From positions 930,001 through 962,000 of the forward strand of contig NC_015931.1 of assembly GCF_000223395.1 (NCBI RefSeq): a stretch of DNA of 32,000 nt, in the 5' to 3' direction. The notes under the pieces are model-generated. The model worked only from the letters and a program-made list of their open reading frames with translations, was not told the DNA's origin and searched no databases. Below are positions 16,190-24,079 of the stretch, piece after piece. The position numbers were made by a program, and so were the translations under genes. Every line of letters starts with the position of its first letter. The first letter of the stretch is position 1. This DNA comes from Pyrolobus fumarii 1A. GTDB lineage: Archaea; Thermoproteota; Thermoprotei_A; Sulfolobales; Pyrodictiaceae.

Positions 16190-16852
16190 ATGGCGGACCT
16201 ACGTGACTTCGCGAAGAACTGGGCCCCCGAAAAGAAGCCTGGCATCGGCTCCAAGATAAAGAAGATGTTCAAGAGGGAGCCGCCACTCCGCCTCCGCATA
16301 GTCCAGGCCATTCACATGCTCAAGGTTCAGACCCACCGCCTGGAGTACATGATAGCGAGGATGAAAGAGAGGGACCAGGAGTTATTCGAGAGGGTTGTTG
16401 AGGCTCAGATGGAGGGTGACAAGCTACGCGCACAAGTGTACGCTAACGAGGTCGCAGAGATAAGAAAGGTAGTCAAGACGCTAATGACCGCAAAGCTAGC
16501 CCTGGAGCGCGTGATACTCAGACTCGAGACGATAACCAGCCTTAGCGACGCAGTAGTCGCCCTAGCTCCAGTGGTCGGCGTAGTTCGCGAACTGAAGACC
16601 CAACTCATGGGTATAGTGCCGGAGATCGCGCTAGAGATAGCCGAGGTTGGTGAGCTACTAGAGAGCCTAGTGATAGAGACTGGCGAGTACACCGCCATCG
16701 CTAGCGGCGTGGGCGCAGTCACACCAGAAGCAAAGAAGATCCTACAGGAGGCCGCCACTATTGCCGAGCAGAGGCTACGCGAAGAGTTCCCGACTCTTCC
16801 AGAGATACCAGCCTCCACGACAGCCGAGGGTGCAAAGGCGGAGAACGGCTAA
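16190..16852 (+). CDS. cdvB: ESCRT-III / Snf7-family protein (CdvB paralog)
   Basis: About 220 aa, with a basic N-terminal half and an acidic C-terminal half. Long heptad helices (LRLRIVQAIHMLKVQTHRLEYMIARMKERDQELFERVVEAQMEGD...) and a Pro-rich tail FPTLPEIP. No cdvA or cdvC in the window. Confidence 0.75.
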   Translation: MADLRDFAKNWAPEKKPGIGSKIKKMFKREPPLRLRIVQAIHMLKVQTHRLEYMIARMKERDQELFERVVEAQMEGDKLRAQVYANEVAEIRKVVKTLMTAKLALERVILRLETITSLSDAVVALAPVVGVVRELKTQLMGIVPEIALEIAEVGELLESLVIETGEYTAIASGVGAVTPEAKKILQEAATIAEQRLREEFPTLPEIPASTTAEGAKAENG

Positions 16853-16857
16853 GCCCG

Positions 16858-16862
16858 TTTTT
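16858..16862 (+). terminator. Oligo-T (T5) tract after the cdvB-like stop
   Basis: TTTTT starts 6 nt after TAA 16850-16852. A second T-rich run (CTTTTCT) follows at about 16880. Confidence 0.5.
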
Positions 16863-17344
16863 GCACCATACTAATCCCGCTTTTCTCGCTTATGAGCTGG
16901 ATGCGCGGGAGGGTCGGGGCTGGCGTAGGCCAGCCACCGGCCCACCACGGGCCTAGCTCTATTGCCCGAGCCTCCTCATCCCCATGCGTATTGCGCGTAT
17001 GGTTGCACTATTCATGCATGTGGGCGGGGCTTCGGGGTCCCTCGCCGTCCTCATCGGGGTTAAACCCCTAAGACGGCCCATCAATGAACAGGTATCCACA
17101 TCGCCCTATGCTACCACTTAAGCCGCATATGTTACGTATCGTCTTAAAAGGATTGTATTATGGAATTCGAGGGTTGCATGAAATGCTGGATTTGCGGATT
17201 TAGGTGGACGTGTATATCCTCGTGTATGGTCGTAACAATTGCTCTAGGTGATTAGACGTATATACAAATTATGGTTACTTGATATTTTAAAAGTGAAGGC
17301 GTATATAGCATGTATGTTTTGTCGAAGTACGTGGTGAGTGTGAA

Positions 17345-17632
17345 ATGAGTAGCTGTATTAGCACTGAAATGAAGTACGGTATTGAGATTAGGGAGGATGT
17401 GGAGTATTGGGAGCGTATTGCGCAGAGTTTGTTGGTAAAGTGCGGCGGGAAAGTGTGCATAAGGGGTTCTAGCGTCAGCTTTAGCGATGTGAAAAGGTTC
17501 GTGTTGTATGCTCTTATGAGGGGTGTGGAGGACATATCGCAGCTTGCGAGGCTAGTAGAGGAGAGTTTCGGCGTGAGTCGTGAGGATGCGGTGAGGCTGG
17601 TGCTTCTCGTACTTGCGGACTATGAGCCTTAG
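17345..17632 (+). CDS. Hypothetical protein (95 aa)
   Basis: Track ORF in an AT-rich patch with protein-like composition (EDVEYWERIAQSLLVK...LARLVEESFGVSREDAVRLVLLVL). I recognise no family. Convergent 4-nt overlap with feoA. Confidence 0.4.
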   Translation: MSSCISTEMKYGIEIREDVEYWERIAQSLLVKCGGKVCIRGSSVSFSDVKRFVLYALMRGVEDISQLARLVEESFGVSREDAVRLVLLVLADYEP

Positions 17633-17853
17633 AGTGGCTCTACCAGCACTTTTTCGGCTAGGCCGCGTCCAACGGCTACTAGTGAACCCCTAACGCGTAC
17701 TATTATCGGGCCACCTGTTACCATCACAACCTCTACCTCCGAGCCAGGCGCTAGCCCCATCTCCATTGCTCTCCGGGTGGCGCCTCTACCCCCAAGGACT
17801 GCTACTACCTTTGCTCGTGTACCTGGTGGTAGCTTTGAGAGTGGGACTGGCAT
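17629..17853 (-). CDS. feoA: FeoA-domain protein (SH3-like, FeoA/DtxR C-terminal type)
   Basis: PLSKLPPGTRAKVVAV....RRAMEMGLAPGSEVEVV....GPIIVRVRGSLVAVGRGLAEKVLV is the typical FeoA pattern. No feoB in the window. Confidence 0.8.
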   Translation of the reverse strand: MPVPLSKLPPGTRAKVVAVLGGRGATRRAMEMGLAPGSEVEVVMVTGGPIIVRVRGSLVAVGRGLAEKVLVEPL

Positions 17854-17909
17854 GCTAAAGCCCCCGGCTAGCCTAGAGTGTGTAAGCGCCCCCAGGGCGT
17901 TAAAGCACG

Positions 17910-18695
17910 GTGGCGAATGTGCGTGGAGTTAGTGTCGCCGTTCTGGGCGCGGGTAAGATGGGTTCCGCGATAGGTAAGGCGCTGCTCGAGTGTGGTGCGA
18001 GGGTTCTAGCGACTAGGGCTCGTAGGGAGTTGCTCGGGGAGCTTGCTAGGCTAGGATTCGAGCCCATAGAGTCTAACCGCGTCGCGGCTGAGCGCGCAGA
18101 CCTTGTGATAATTGCCGTGAAACCATGGCATGTTGAGAGCGTTGCCAGGGAGGTGAGAGACGTGGTTGTGGGTAAACCTGTCGTGTCGATAGCGGCTGGC
18201 GTGCGGCTTGAAAAGCTGCGCTCTTTGATGCCAGGTGCAATAGTCTATCGCGCGATGCCCAATATGGGTGTTCTTGTAGGATTATCTGCTACTGCTCTTG
18301 CTGGAGACCGAAATACTGATGCGGCTAGAATGGTCGAAGACGCTTTCCGATGCATGGGTGAAGTGTTCTGGATAGATGAGAAGCTCTTCCCCGCGTGGAC
18401 TGGCTTGGCTGGGAGCGGCCCAGGCATACTAGCGTCGATCGCTGATGCGCTGGCGCTAGCCGGCGTCGCTGCTGGTATATCAAGACGTGACGCGGAGCGC
18501 ATAGTGTCGCTGCTGTTCCGTGCTGTAGGCGAGTTGCTCCTTACCAAGGGGTTCCAGGGGCTCAGGGATGAGGTGGCAACGCCTGGTGGTACGACTATAG
18601 AGGGGCTACGTGTTTTAGAGCAGGGTGCGAGGGGCGCCATCATAGACTCTATCCTAGCGGCTGTGGAGAAAGCGAGGAGGCTGGAGGAGAGTTGA
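17910..18695 (+). CDS. proC: Pyrroline-5-carboxylate reductase
   Basis: Rossmann motif VAVLGAGKMGSAIG, then VKPWHV, RAMPNMGVLVG and ATPGGTTIEGLRVLE. Confidence 0.88.
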   Translation: MANVRGVSVAVLGAGKMGSAIGKALLECGARVLATRARRELLGELARLGFEPIESNRVAAERADLVIIAVKPWHVESVAREVRDVVVGKPVVSIAAGVRLEKLRSLMPGAIVYRAMPNMGVLVGLSATALAGDRNTDAARMVEDAFRCMGEVFWIDEKLFPAWTGLAGSGPGILASIADALALAGVAAGISRRDAERIVSLLFRAVGELLLTKGFQGLRDEVATPGGTTIEGLRVLEQGARGAIIDSILAAVEKARRLEES

Positions 18696-19858
18696 ACGCG
18701 ACGCTGGCAATACTAGCCCTCCTAGTCTTCAACATGGGTGGTGTATTCGACCTTACTGGTGTAGGTCCCGGTGTGGCAACGGGACGCGTTCTGTACACGA
18801 ATGGGACCAAGGTAGGAGTCGTGGCTAGTGTTAATGGTAGTGTGTTTGCATTGCGGGACTATACACCGTTGGATGCCGGATGGGGCACCATACTAATGGC
18901 TAGTCGTGATGGCAAACTCCTAGTAGCCTACAAGAATGGCAGCATGTACCAGTTGGGCGATGTTGTAAAGAGTATGCCTCCCTATCGAGTCACCTCAAAA
19001 GGCGCCCTCGTTACGGCTGGTTTAGTAGCACTGCTGGTGAACAAGAGTGGTGCCGCAAGATTACGTGTGGACGGTCTACTCGTGGTTGACTACCGTGATG
19101 GTGTTGTGCTAGGCTCTAGAGGTGGCAATGACGCGGTAATCTTGAGGGGTAGTAGTGCTCTCCTCTATGAAGGCCTAGCACCACTAGCACTGTGTAACGA
19201 GACGCACGCCGTTGTTGTGTATAAAGGTGATATAGGTATACTCGGGTATAGAAATGGGCTTGTCACACTCATACACGTTGATAATGTCAAGCCTGTTTGG
19301 GGAGAGACGCTGGATTACAGCATAGCATCGTGTAGCGATGGCACATTGGCTTTCACGGGTAGGGCGAACAGTACTATAACAATAGTCGTTCTCGACACGG
19401 CTAGTGGCTCTTGTTGGCTTGTAAAACCCTTAGGTGAGGTGAGGGGGGCGGGTGTCGCTGTCGACGGGAAACGTGTGACAGCTGCTTTCAGCGTCAAAGG
19501 TGGAGCTAAACTAGCAATATACAAGTGTAGGTTTAAGGTTGAGAGTCTCTTCGTGGAGCCTAAGAGGCTCAACGCGACCATATTATTGGAGAGCGTGGAG
19601 AGTAGTGCGGTGAGCATAGAGAGGCTGCCAGCGGTAAACAAGACGACAATGTTGGCGCCAAACCTTCTGCTTGCAGTTCTCGAGGTGAGAAGCTCGGGTG
19701 AGAGTGGTGCGGGTAAAGTTAAGCTCGGGAATGCCCCCGGTGTCCCCGTGTTACTGCTCCTGGTTATCTTCTTCACCTTGTTAGCTTCCATCTTGCTAGC
19801 TAGACGATCGGTAAGGAGGATATCTTCGGCGGAGTCCGCTCGTCACCATCCCGGATAG
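18692..19858 (+). CDS. Hypothetical exported glycoprotein with a C-terminal TM anchor
   Basis: N-terminal hydrophobic segment, many N-x-S/T sequons (NGT, NGS, NKS, NET, NST, NAT, NKT), and a C-terminal VPVLLLLVIFFTLLASILLA followed by RRSVRR. The start overlaps the proC stop (TTGA). Confidence 0.6.
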   Translation: MNATLAILALLVFNMGGVFDLTGVGPGVATGRVLYTNGTKVGVVASVNGSVFALRDYTPLDAGWGTILMASRDGKLLVAYKNGSMYQLGDVVKSMPPYRVTSKGALVTAGLVALLVNKSGAARLRVDGLLVVDYRDGVVLGSRGGNDAVILRGSSALLYEGLAPLALCNETHAVVVYKGDIGILGYRNGLVTLIHVDNVKPVWGETLDYSIASCSDGTLAFTGRANSTITIVVLDTASGSCWLVKPLGEVRGAGVAVDGKRVTAAFSVKGGAKLAIYKCRFKVESLFVEPKRLNATILLESVESSAVSIERLPAVNKTTMLAPNLLLAVLEVRSSGESGAGKVKLGNAPGVPVLLLLVIFFTLLASILLARRSVRRISSAESARHHPG

Positions 19859-19915
19859 AACCCGGTCGGCACCGCGTTGGGCTCCACACCCGAGGGCAGG
19901 GGGACACCGGGGGCT

Positions 19916-19920
19916 AAAAA
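19916..19920 (-). terminator. Oligo-T (T5 on the minus strand) downstream of speH
   Basis: Plus-strand AAAAA is minus-strand UUUUU, 24 nt after the speH stop (19946-19944). Confidence 0.4.
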
Positions 19921-19943
19921 CGAGACGAGCGGGGCCGGGGAAA

Positions 19944-20339
19944 CTATTCCAGGGAACGGTCCGCGGCCCCCACCTCGATGTGCCTCGGGCGTAGCTTCGA
20001 GACTATGTACTGGAAGGCGCGCTGCGGGTCAGTGTGCTTCCCACAGCTATAGACGTCAACGGTCGCGAAGCGGTACTCGGGCCAGGTGTGTATCGTTATG
20101 TGGCTCTCTAGGATAACCGCTACAACAGACACGCCTTCCCCGATCTTCCACGACTTAACGTCAAGAAGCGTCATGTTGCCCAGTTTCGCGGCCTCCACGA
20201 CAATGTCGCGTAGCGCCTTCTCGTCCTTTAGAAGCTCGACCTCCTCGCAGTCATAGAGGTTGCCGTAAACATGGCGGCCGACGACTCTGGGCTCGTTGGC
20301 GGCTGGCTGCGGCCTAGGCTTAATGACTGGCAGCGTCAC
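19944..20339 (-). CDS. speH: Pyruvoyl-dependent S-adenosylmethionine decarboxylase proenzyme family (SpeH); could be the crenarchaeal arginine decarboxylase paralog
   Basis: [11 protein letters not shown] and [14 protein letters not shown]. The Glu78-Ser79 self-processing site is the SpeH hallmark. Confidence 0.85.
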   Translation of the reverse strand: MTLPVIKPRPQPAANEPRVVGRHVYGNLYDCEEVELLKDEKALRDIVVEAAKLGNMTLLDVKSWKIGEGVSVVAVILESHITIHTWPEYRFATVDVYSCGKHTDPQRAFQYIVSKLRPRHIEVGAADRSLE

Positions 20340-20374
20340 TCCAACTCACCAGGCCCCCACGACCCCCCGGGTAC

Positions 20375-20380
20375 TTATAA
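20375..20380 (-). promoter_or_regulatory. TATA box (TTATAA) for speH
   Basis: Palindromic TTATAA flanked by direct GGGTAC repeats, 35 nt upstream of ATG 20339 on the minus strand. Confidence 0.5.
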
Positions 20381-20637
20381 GGGGTACCCCCCTCCATGAG
20401 CATCGTGAGTAGCGCGTAGTGTGTTGTTGCGGGCCCTACCGCCCCTGACTCCCTCATCATTGGCGGAAGCCTCGGAGCCAACGCTCTCGCCACCGGGCCC
20501 GCCACTGTGAATCATTGTCGCGTGGTCTCTGGTATACCCTCAACCTCTTCGAAAAATGTTCGGGACCACTTTAACACATTAAAGTCAAATTAATGTTAAC
20601 ACGTGTATTGCTGCAGTGTGCGTTAACTACTGTCACA

Positions 20638-20646
20638 TTTTATTAT
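20638..20646 (+). promoter_or_regulatory. TATA-like tract (TTTATTATT) upstream of the cytochrome gene
   Basis: It lies in a strongly AT-rich spacer 40 nt upstream of ATG 20686. GGTG sits 8 nt before the ATG as a possible SD. Confidence 0.4.
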
Positions 20647-20685
20647 TGGTTTCGAGCATTGTAATCCAAAATAGTGGTGTAAAAC

Positions 20686-21849
20686 ATGAGATTGAGGAAA
20701 CGCGATATCATAGTCGTCCTAGCTGCTCTGGTTATGGGGGTATACGCGGCATCCGCTGCAACACTCTGGGCTCCAGTTGAGGAGATGGGAAGCACATGGC
20801 TAGGCGAGATGAGGTTCGCTGATACGCTTCACGCAACCACCAAGGGCATGAAGTACTGGTATGAGCGTGGCATAGGGAAATACACAGGGATACCATACGA
20901 GCAAATGTTCTGCTCAAAATGCCACGCTACGTGCGAGTCTTGCCATGGCGTCCGAGACAGTAACGGTAACGTAGTAGACTTCAGCGTGAAGATGGCGAGT
21001 AACCCAGATACGTGCTTTGCCTGCCATGGCAGACAGAAGAAGGCATACCTGCTAGGCAAGAGTAACCCAGAGCTAGCAGACGTCCATATGTTGGGTCTCG
21101 GAGTATCGTGCACCTTCTGCCACTCTAGTGTAGAAGTGCATGGTATGCACGGTGACTTCCAGTACATGTTCGACAAGGGTGGCGTGTTCGACGTGAGCTG
21201 TGAAAAGTGCCACATATACGGCTATGCGCCGAGACCATACAGATTCATAGAGGAGCATCGCGTGCATCTCGATGATATAGCCTGTTCTGCTTGCCACTCT
21301 CCAACAGTAGTGACATGTTACAACTGTCACCTTTCATACTCGTACGAGAAATACGTAGAGACTGGGGTGCCCGTCAAGAAGGCTATACCGATCATTGGTT
21401 GGCTGCCGCTGGTACGCGACCAGAGGACGGGCAAGATAGTCCCGGGTAACTTCATGGTTGTAGTCTGGACCCACAACGGCACCGAGGCGGTGCGTGTCGA
21501 CATAGCGCAGTTCTTCCCGCACATCGTGGACGAGAGGGGTCGTACCTGCAACGACTGTCATGGTATAGAGGCTGCTAAGCAGCTGCTCGAGAGTGGCGAG
21601 CTACGCCTAGTATGGGTTGAGAATGGGCAAGTGAAGCACATGAACGGCGTCATACCGATAGTCGAGGGCACCAAGCTGGTATTCCAGACATTCGTGTGGG
21701 ACGAGGCCAGCAACAGCTTCAAGCCGTTCAAGGAGGTGGTTGTGACGGTCGGCCCAGACACTCTCATTGAAGCCACCAGCGGCCTCACCATGGAAGACCT
21801 TGAGAAAATGGCAAAATCCCCCGAGGAACTCCAGAGTGGTACAAGCTGA
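20686..21849 (+). CDS. Octahaem c-type cytochrome, N-terminally anchored or secreted
   Basis: Eight CXXCH motifs: CSKCH (aa 76-80), CESCH (83-87), CFACH (110-114), CTFCH (142-146), CEKCH (172-176), CSACH (200-204), CYNCH (211-215) and CNDCH (288-292). N-terminal hydrophobic segment IIVVLAALVMGVYAASAA. Confidence 0.85.
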   Translation: MRLRKRDIIVVLAALVMGVYAASAATLWAPVEEMGSTWLGEMRFADTLHATTKGMKYWYERGIGKYTGIPYEQMFCSKCHATCESCHGVRDSNGNVVDFSVKMASNPDTCFACHGRQKKAYLLGKSNPELADVHMLGLGVSCTFCHSSVEVHGMHGDFQYMFDKGGVFDVSCEKCHIYGYAPRPYRFIEEHRVHLDDIACSACHSPTVVTCYNCHLSYSYEKYVETGVPVKKAIPIIGWLPLVRDQRTGKIVPGNFMVVVWTHNGTEAVRVDIAQFFPHIVDERGRTCNDCHGIEAAKQLLESGELRLVWVENGQVKHMNGVIPIVEGTKLVFQTFVWDEASNSFKPFKEVVVTVGPDTLIEATSGLTMEDLEKMAKSPEELQSGTS

Positions 21850-21854
21850 CATAC

Positions 21855-22619
21855 TCACAAGCCGAGTTCCTTGACTAGTTTTTTCAAACCTTGCACCAGC
21901 GAGGCTAGGCTACTTCTAGTCACAAGGACAAGGTCTGCATCCTGGTAGAGGCCTCCAAGGGATACCTCTCTAACCTCCTCGTTGGGGACAGTGCGGGCTG
22001 CAAAGTTCTCAATTCGAATACCGAGTCTTTCAGCGGCAACTCTCAATGCAGCCCAACTGTCGCTGTCCCAGCGGAGATAGGCTGCAAATCCACGATAATA
22101 GCTCTTGAACGTCTCTAGGTACGCGGTTATCCTATCGGCAAGGACGCGGCGGTAACACTCGCGAATCTCGGGCGTCTCGTATATCGGGTTCCAATCGTAC
22201 GCGGCATACGGCCAGTGCTCGTCAAGTTCGCGTGGTACGACACCCGCGTTGGTAAGCATAACCTCATGTACCTTGTCAATGAGGCCGTTCTTCCACAGTG
22301 TCCTCCTTATCATGTAGTGGATGAAGCTTTGAGAATAGGGCTTGCCATAGCTGCATGGAAGGAACAATAGTATCTTGCCGCGAGGAGGCTCGTAGCTTGT
22401 CAGTAGCTTTGAGAACCCCTTCTCGAATGCCGGGTGTATCAGATAGTCGAGGCCGACACCACGTATGTACTCACGGCACTCGCCGGGCTCCACCCAGTCA
22501 AGCTCCTTTCCGGTCCACACGCGGCGCGGGCAGACCATGATGCCCCTAGGAGTGGGGACGTGCATGGGGAGTGTAACGCTTGTCGGCGCGGCGGGGCCGC
22601 TGTCCCCCGCCCCTAACAC
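21855..22619 (-). CDS. Stand-alone DUF5591/ArcS-core-like protein
   Basis: LFLPCSYGKPYSQSFIH matches PC-X3-KPY-X2-S-X2-H, the motif I know from archaeosine synthase ArcS. At 254 aa there are no TGT-like or PUA domains. An alternative start is Met19 (MHVPTPRG). Confidence 0.55.
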   Translation of the reverse strand: MLGAGDSGPAAPTSVTLPMHVPTPRGIMVCPRRVWTGKELDWVEPGECREYIRGVGLDYLIHPAFEKGFSKLLTSYEPPRGKILLFLPCSYGKPYSQSFIHYMIRRTLWKNGLIDKVHEVMLTNAGVVPRELDEHWPYAAYDWNPIYETPEIRECYRRVLADRITAYLETFKSYYRGFAAYLRWDSDSWAALRVAAERLGIRIENFAARTVPNEEVREVSLGGLYQDADLVLVTRSSLASLVQGLKKLVKELGL

Positions 22620-22754
22620 CTAGCCTCATCGAGCCCCCGATGGGGGTCTAGGCTAGGCTCTTATAGGCGGGAGTCGGGGCGGCGCGGCCCCGCCGCGAAC
22701 CCGCCTTAGGTTGATACGCAGGAGTGGCGTTTATCCCCAGCTGGGTGGGCGCGG

Positions 22755-23054
22755 ATGCCGGTAGACATTACCTTCGAGCTCAGCTATCTACTGAGCGATA
22801 AACTAGGTGTCGATGTTAACGTGGAGAATGTTGACTTTACGCCAGGAGACGGTACACTCTGTGTTGATGCGGTGGTCGAAGGTAGTAAGAGGAGGGGGTG
22901 TGTGCAAGTAAAGCCGTGCAAGAACATTACTGAGGAGCATAAGTGGGTGCGCTGCGTCTCAAAGAACATCGCGAATAACGACAAGCTTCTCGAGGAACTT
23001 GCCCGCGCTTTGAGGGGTGGTGATGGTGGCAGGGAGAGTAGCGAGTCTACTTGA
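22755..23054 (+). CDS. Hypothetical small protein (99 aa)
   Basis: Track ORF with protein-like composition and four Cys. I recognise no family. It overlaps the next ORF by 38 nt. Confidence 0.4.
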   Translation: MPVDITFELSYLLSDKLGVDVNVENVDFTPGDGTLCVDAVVEGSKRRGCVQVKPCKNITEEHKWVRCVSKNIANNDKLLEELARALRGGDGGRESSEST

Positions 23055-23559
23055 AGGCTGGAGACGTGTATGGCTTCTACCATTCTTGCACGTCATCATA
23101 GAGCGTGGAGGCGCTAGCACAAGAGAGGTTGCGGACACGCTTGGTGTGAGAACAACGCTAGTGAAGAGCGCATTGTACGCCCTTCGAAGAGCAGGTGTCA
23201 TAGTCAAGATCAATGAGGGTGAGCGCGTGAGGTACGTGCCTGCGCCTGGCGTTGCAGAAGAGTATAGTAAACTCTTCAGGATCGTGAAGCTTGATGGCGA
23301 CTATGCGGCCTTTACCGGCAGTCACTACATCTACGTGGATATTAAGAAGAGTAGGGTATCCTCCTGGGTGTTGCCGGAGTACATCGTTGAGAAGGTTCTG
23401 GAAGCTTACCAGAGGATGAAGGATGCCAGGCCATCAGAGATAGGCAGGGCATTGGGTCTACACGGTCGTACTGTGTCAAGAGCTTTGCGTGTCTCTAGGT
23501 TCCTGGGTCTGGCTCCTCAACGCGTAGAGGATGAGGGCAGCCTCGGCAACAGGGCTTAA
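23017..23559 (+). CDS. Putative DNA-binding protein with two HTH-like segments
   Basis: N-terminal wHTH-like GASTREVADTLGVRTTLVKSALYALRRAGVIVKI. C-terminal HTH-like ARPSEIGRALGLHGRTVSRALRVSRFLG. Confidence 0.5.
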   Translation: MVMVAGRVASLLEGWRRVWLLPFLHVIIERGGASTREVADTLGVRTTLVKSALYALRRAGVIVKINEGERVRYVPAPGVAEEYSKLFRIVKLDGDYAAFTGSHYIYVDIKKSRVSSWVLPEYIVEKVLEAYQRMKDARPSEIGRALGLHGRTVSRALRVSRFLGLAPQRVEDEGSLGNRA

Positions 23560-23958
23560 CCTACCCTCGACGCCTTTGATGTAGACTGGGCGTCCCACGG
23601 CAATATCCTGCTTGGTTATACCGGGGTCGCCACCTCCAAACACTATCATTGTCTTGTCCTTGGCTAGTCCAGCTATCTCGTCTATTGTCATCGGCTCGCC
23701 ATAGTCTTTCGAAACGACAATGATAGTGTTGGGGGTGAAGAGTTCGACAGCGTCTCTCAACTCGGGTAGAGTAACAAAGCTTCTGCCCAGCCTCAATGCT
23801 ATCCTCATTGCCTCCGGCACGCCGTTCTGGGCTGCCGCTCCATACACGCGTGTCGCGACCAACACGCGATACCCGAGACCATAGACTGTTCTAGCCATGT
23901 CTATGAGCCTCTGGGCACTTGACACGTCGTGCACAACGGGTATCACGGTTGCAACCAT
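23476..23958 (-). CDS. Hypothetical alpha/beta protein (possibly DUF531/SPOUT-like)
   Basis: The 160-aa track ORF shows an alternating beta-alpha pattern (VIPVVHDV..AQRLIDMARTVYGLGYRVLVAT...IIVVSKDYGEP...MIVFGGGDPG). The family call is from weak memory only. Its 3' end overlaps the convergent ORF by 84 nt. Confidence 0.4.
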   Translation of the reverse strand: MVATVIPVVHDVSSAQRLIDMARTVYGLGYRVLVATRVYGAAAQNGVPEAMRIALRLGRSFVTLPELRDAVELFTPNTIIVVSKDYGEPMTIDEIAGLAKDKTMIVFGGGDPGITKQDIAVGRPVYIKGVEGRLSPVAEAALILYALRSQTQEPRDTQSS

Positions 23959-24079
23959 CCTCTACACCCTACTCACGCTAGCGTAGCACGGGTATACAGA
24001 GCCTCCTAGGCAGCAAACCCATAGCCAAAACAAGTTAAGGCTACGAGCGTCACCATTAGCCATAGGTGTGTGAATACTG

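Noticed and set aside
16405-16818. 137-aa minus-strand ORF
   Set aside because: It is antisense to the CdvB-like gene and is a Ser/Ala/Thr-rich shadow frame. The same reasoning applies to 18245-18643 (in proC), 19315-19791, 20829-21858 (in the cytochrome gene), 22784-23213, 24066-24446 and 24600-24890 (in the ABC ATPase), 25644-26248, 27791-28051, 28773-29264, 29649-29912, 30073-30336 and 31362-31775.
17090-17340. Replication origin in the AT-rich spacers (also 20520-20685 and 30480-30975)
   Set aside because: There are no ORB or mini-ORB-like inverted repeats (TCCAGTGGAAA-type) and no adjacent cdc6/orc1 gene.
20430-20500. AUGAUGA (minus strand, about 20459-20453) enclosed by an 8-bp GCGGGCCC/GGGCCCGC stem, considered as a C/D box sRNA
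   Set aside because: There is no D box (CUGA) at a proper distance on that strand and no consistent 12-nt spacer geometry. It may still be a structured element, but not a supportable C/D sRNA.
20320-20505. 61-aa minus-strand ORF upstream of speH
   Set aside because: It spans the speH TATA box and promoter region. It is Pro/Gly/Ala-rich and I see no start context.
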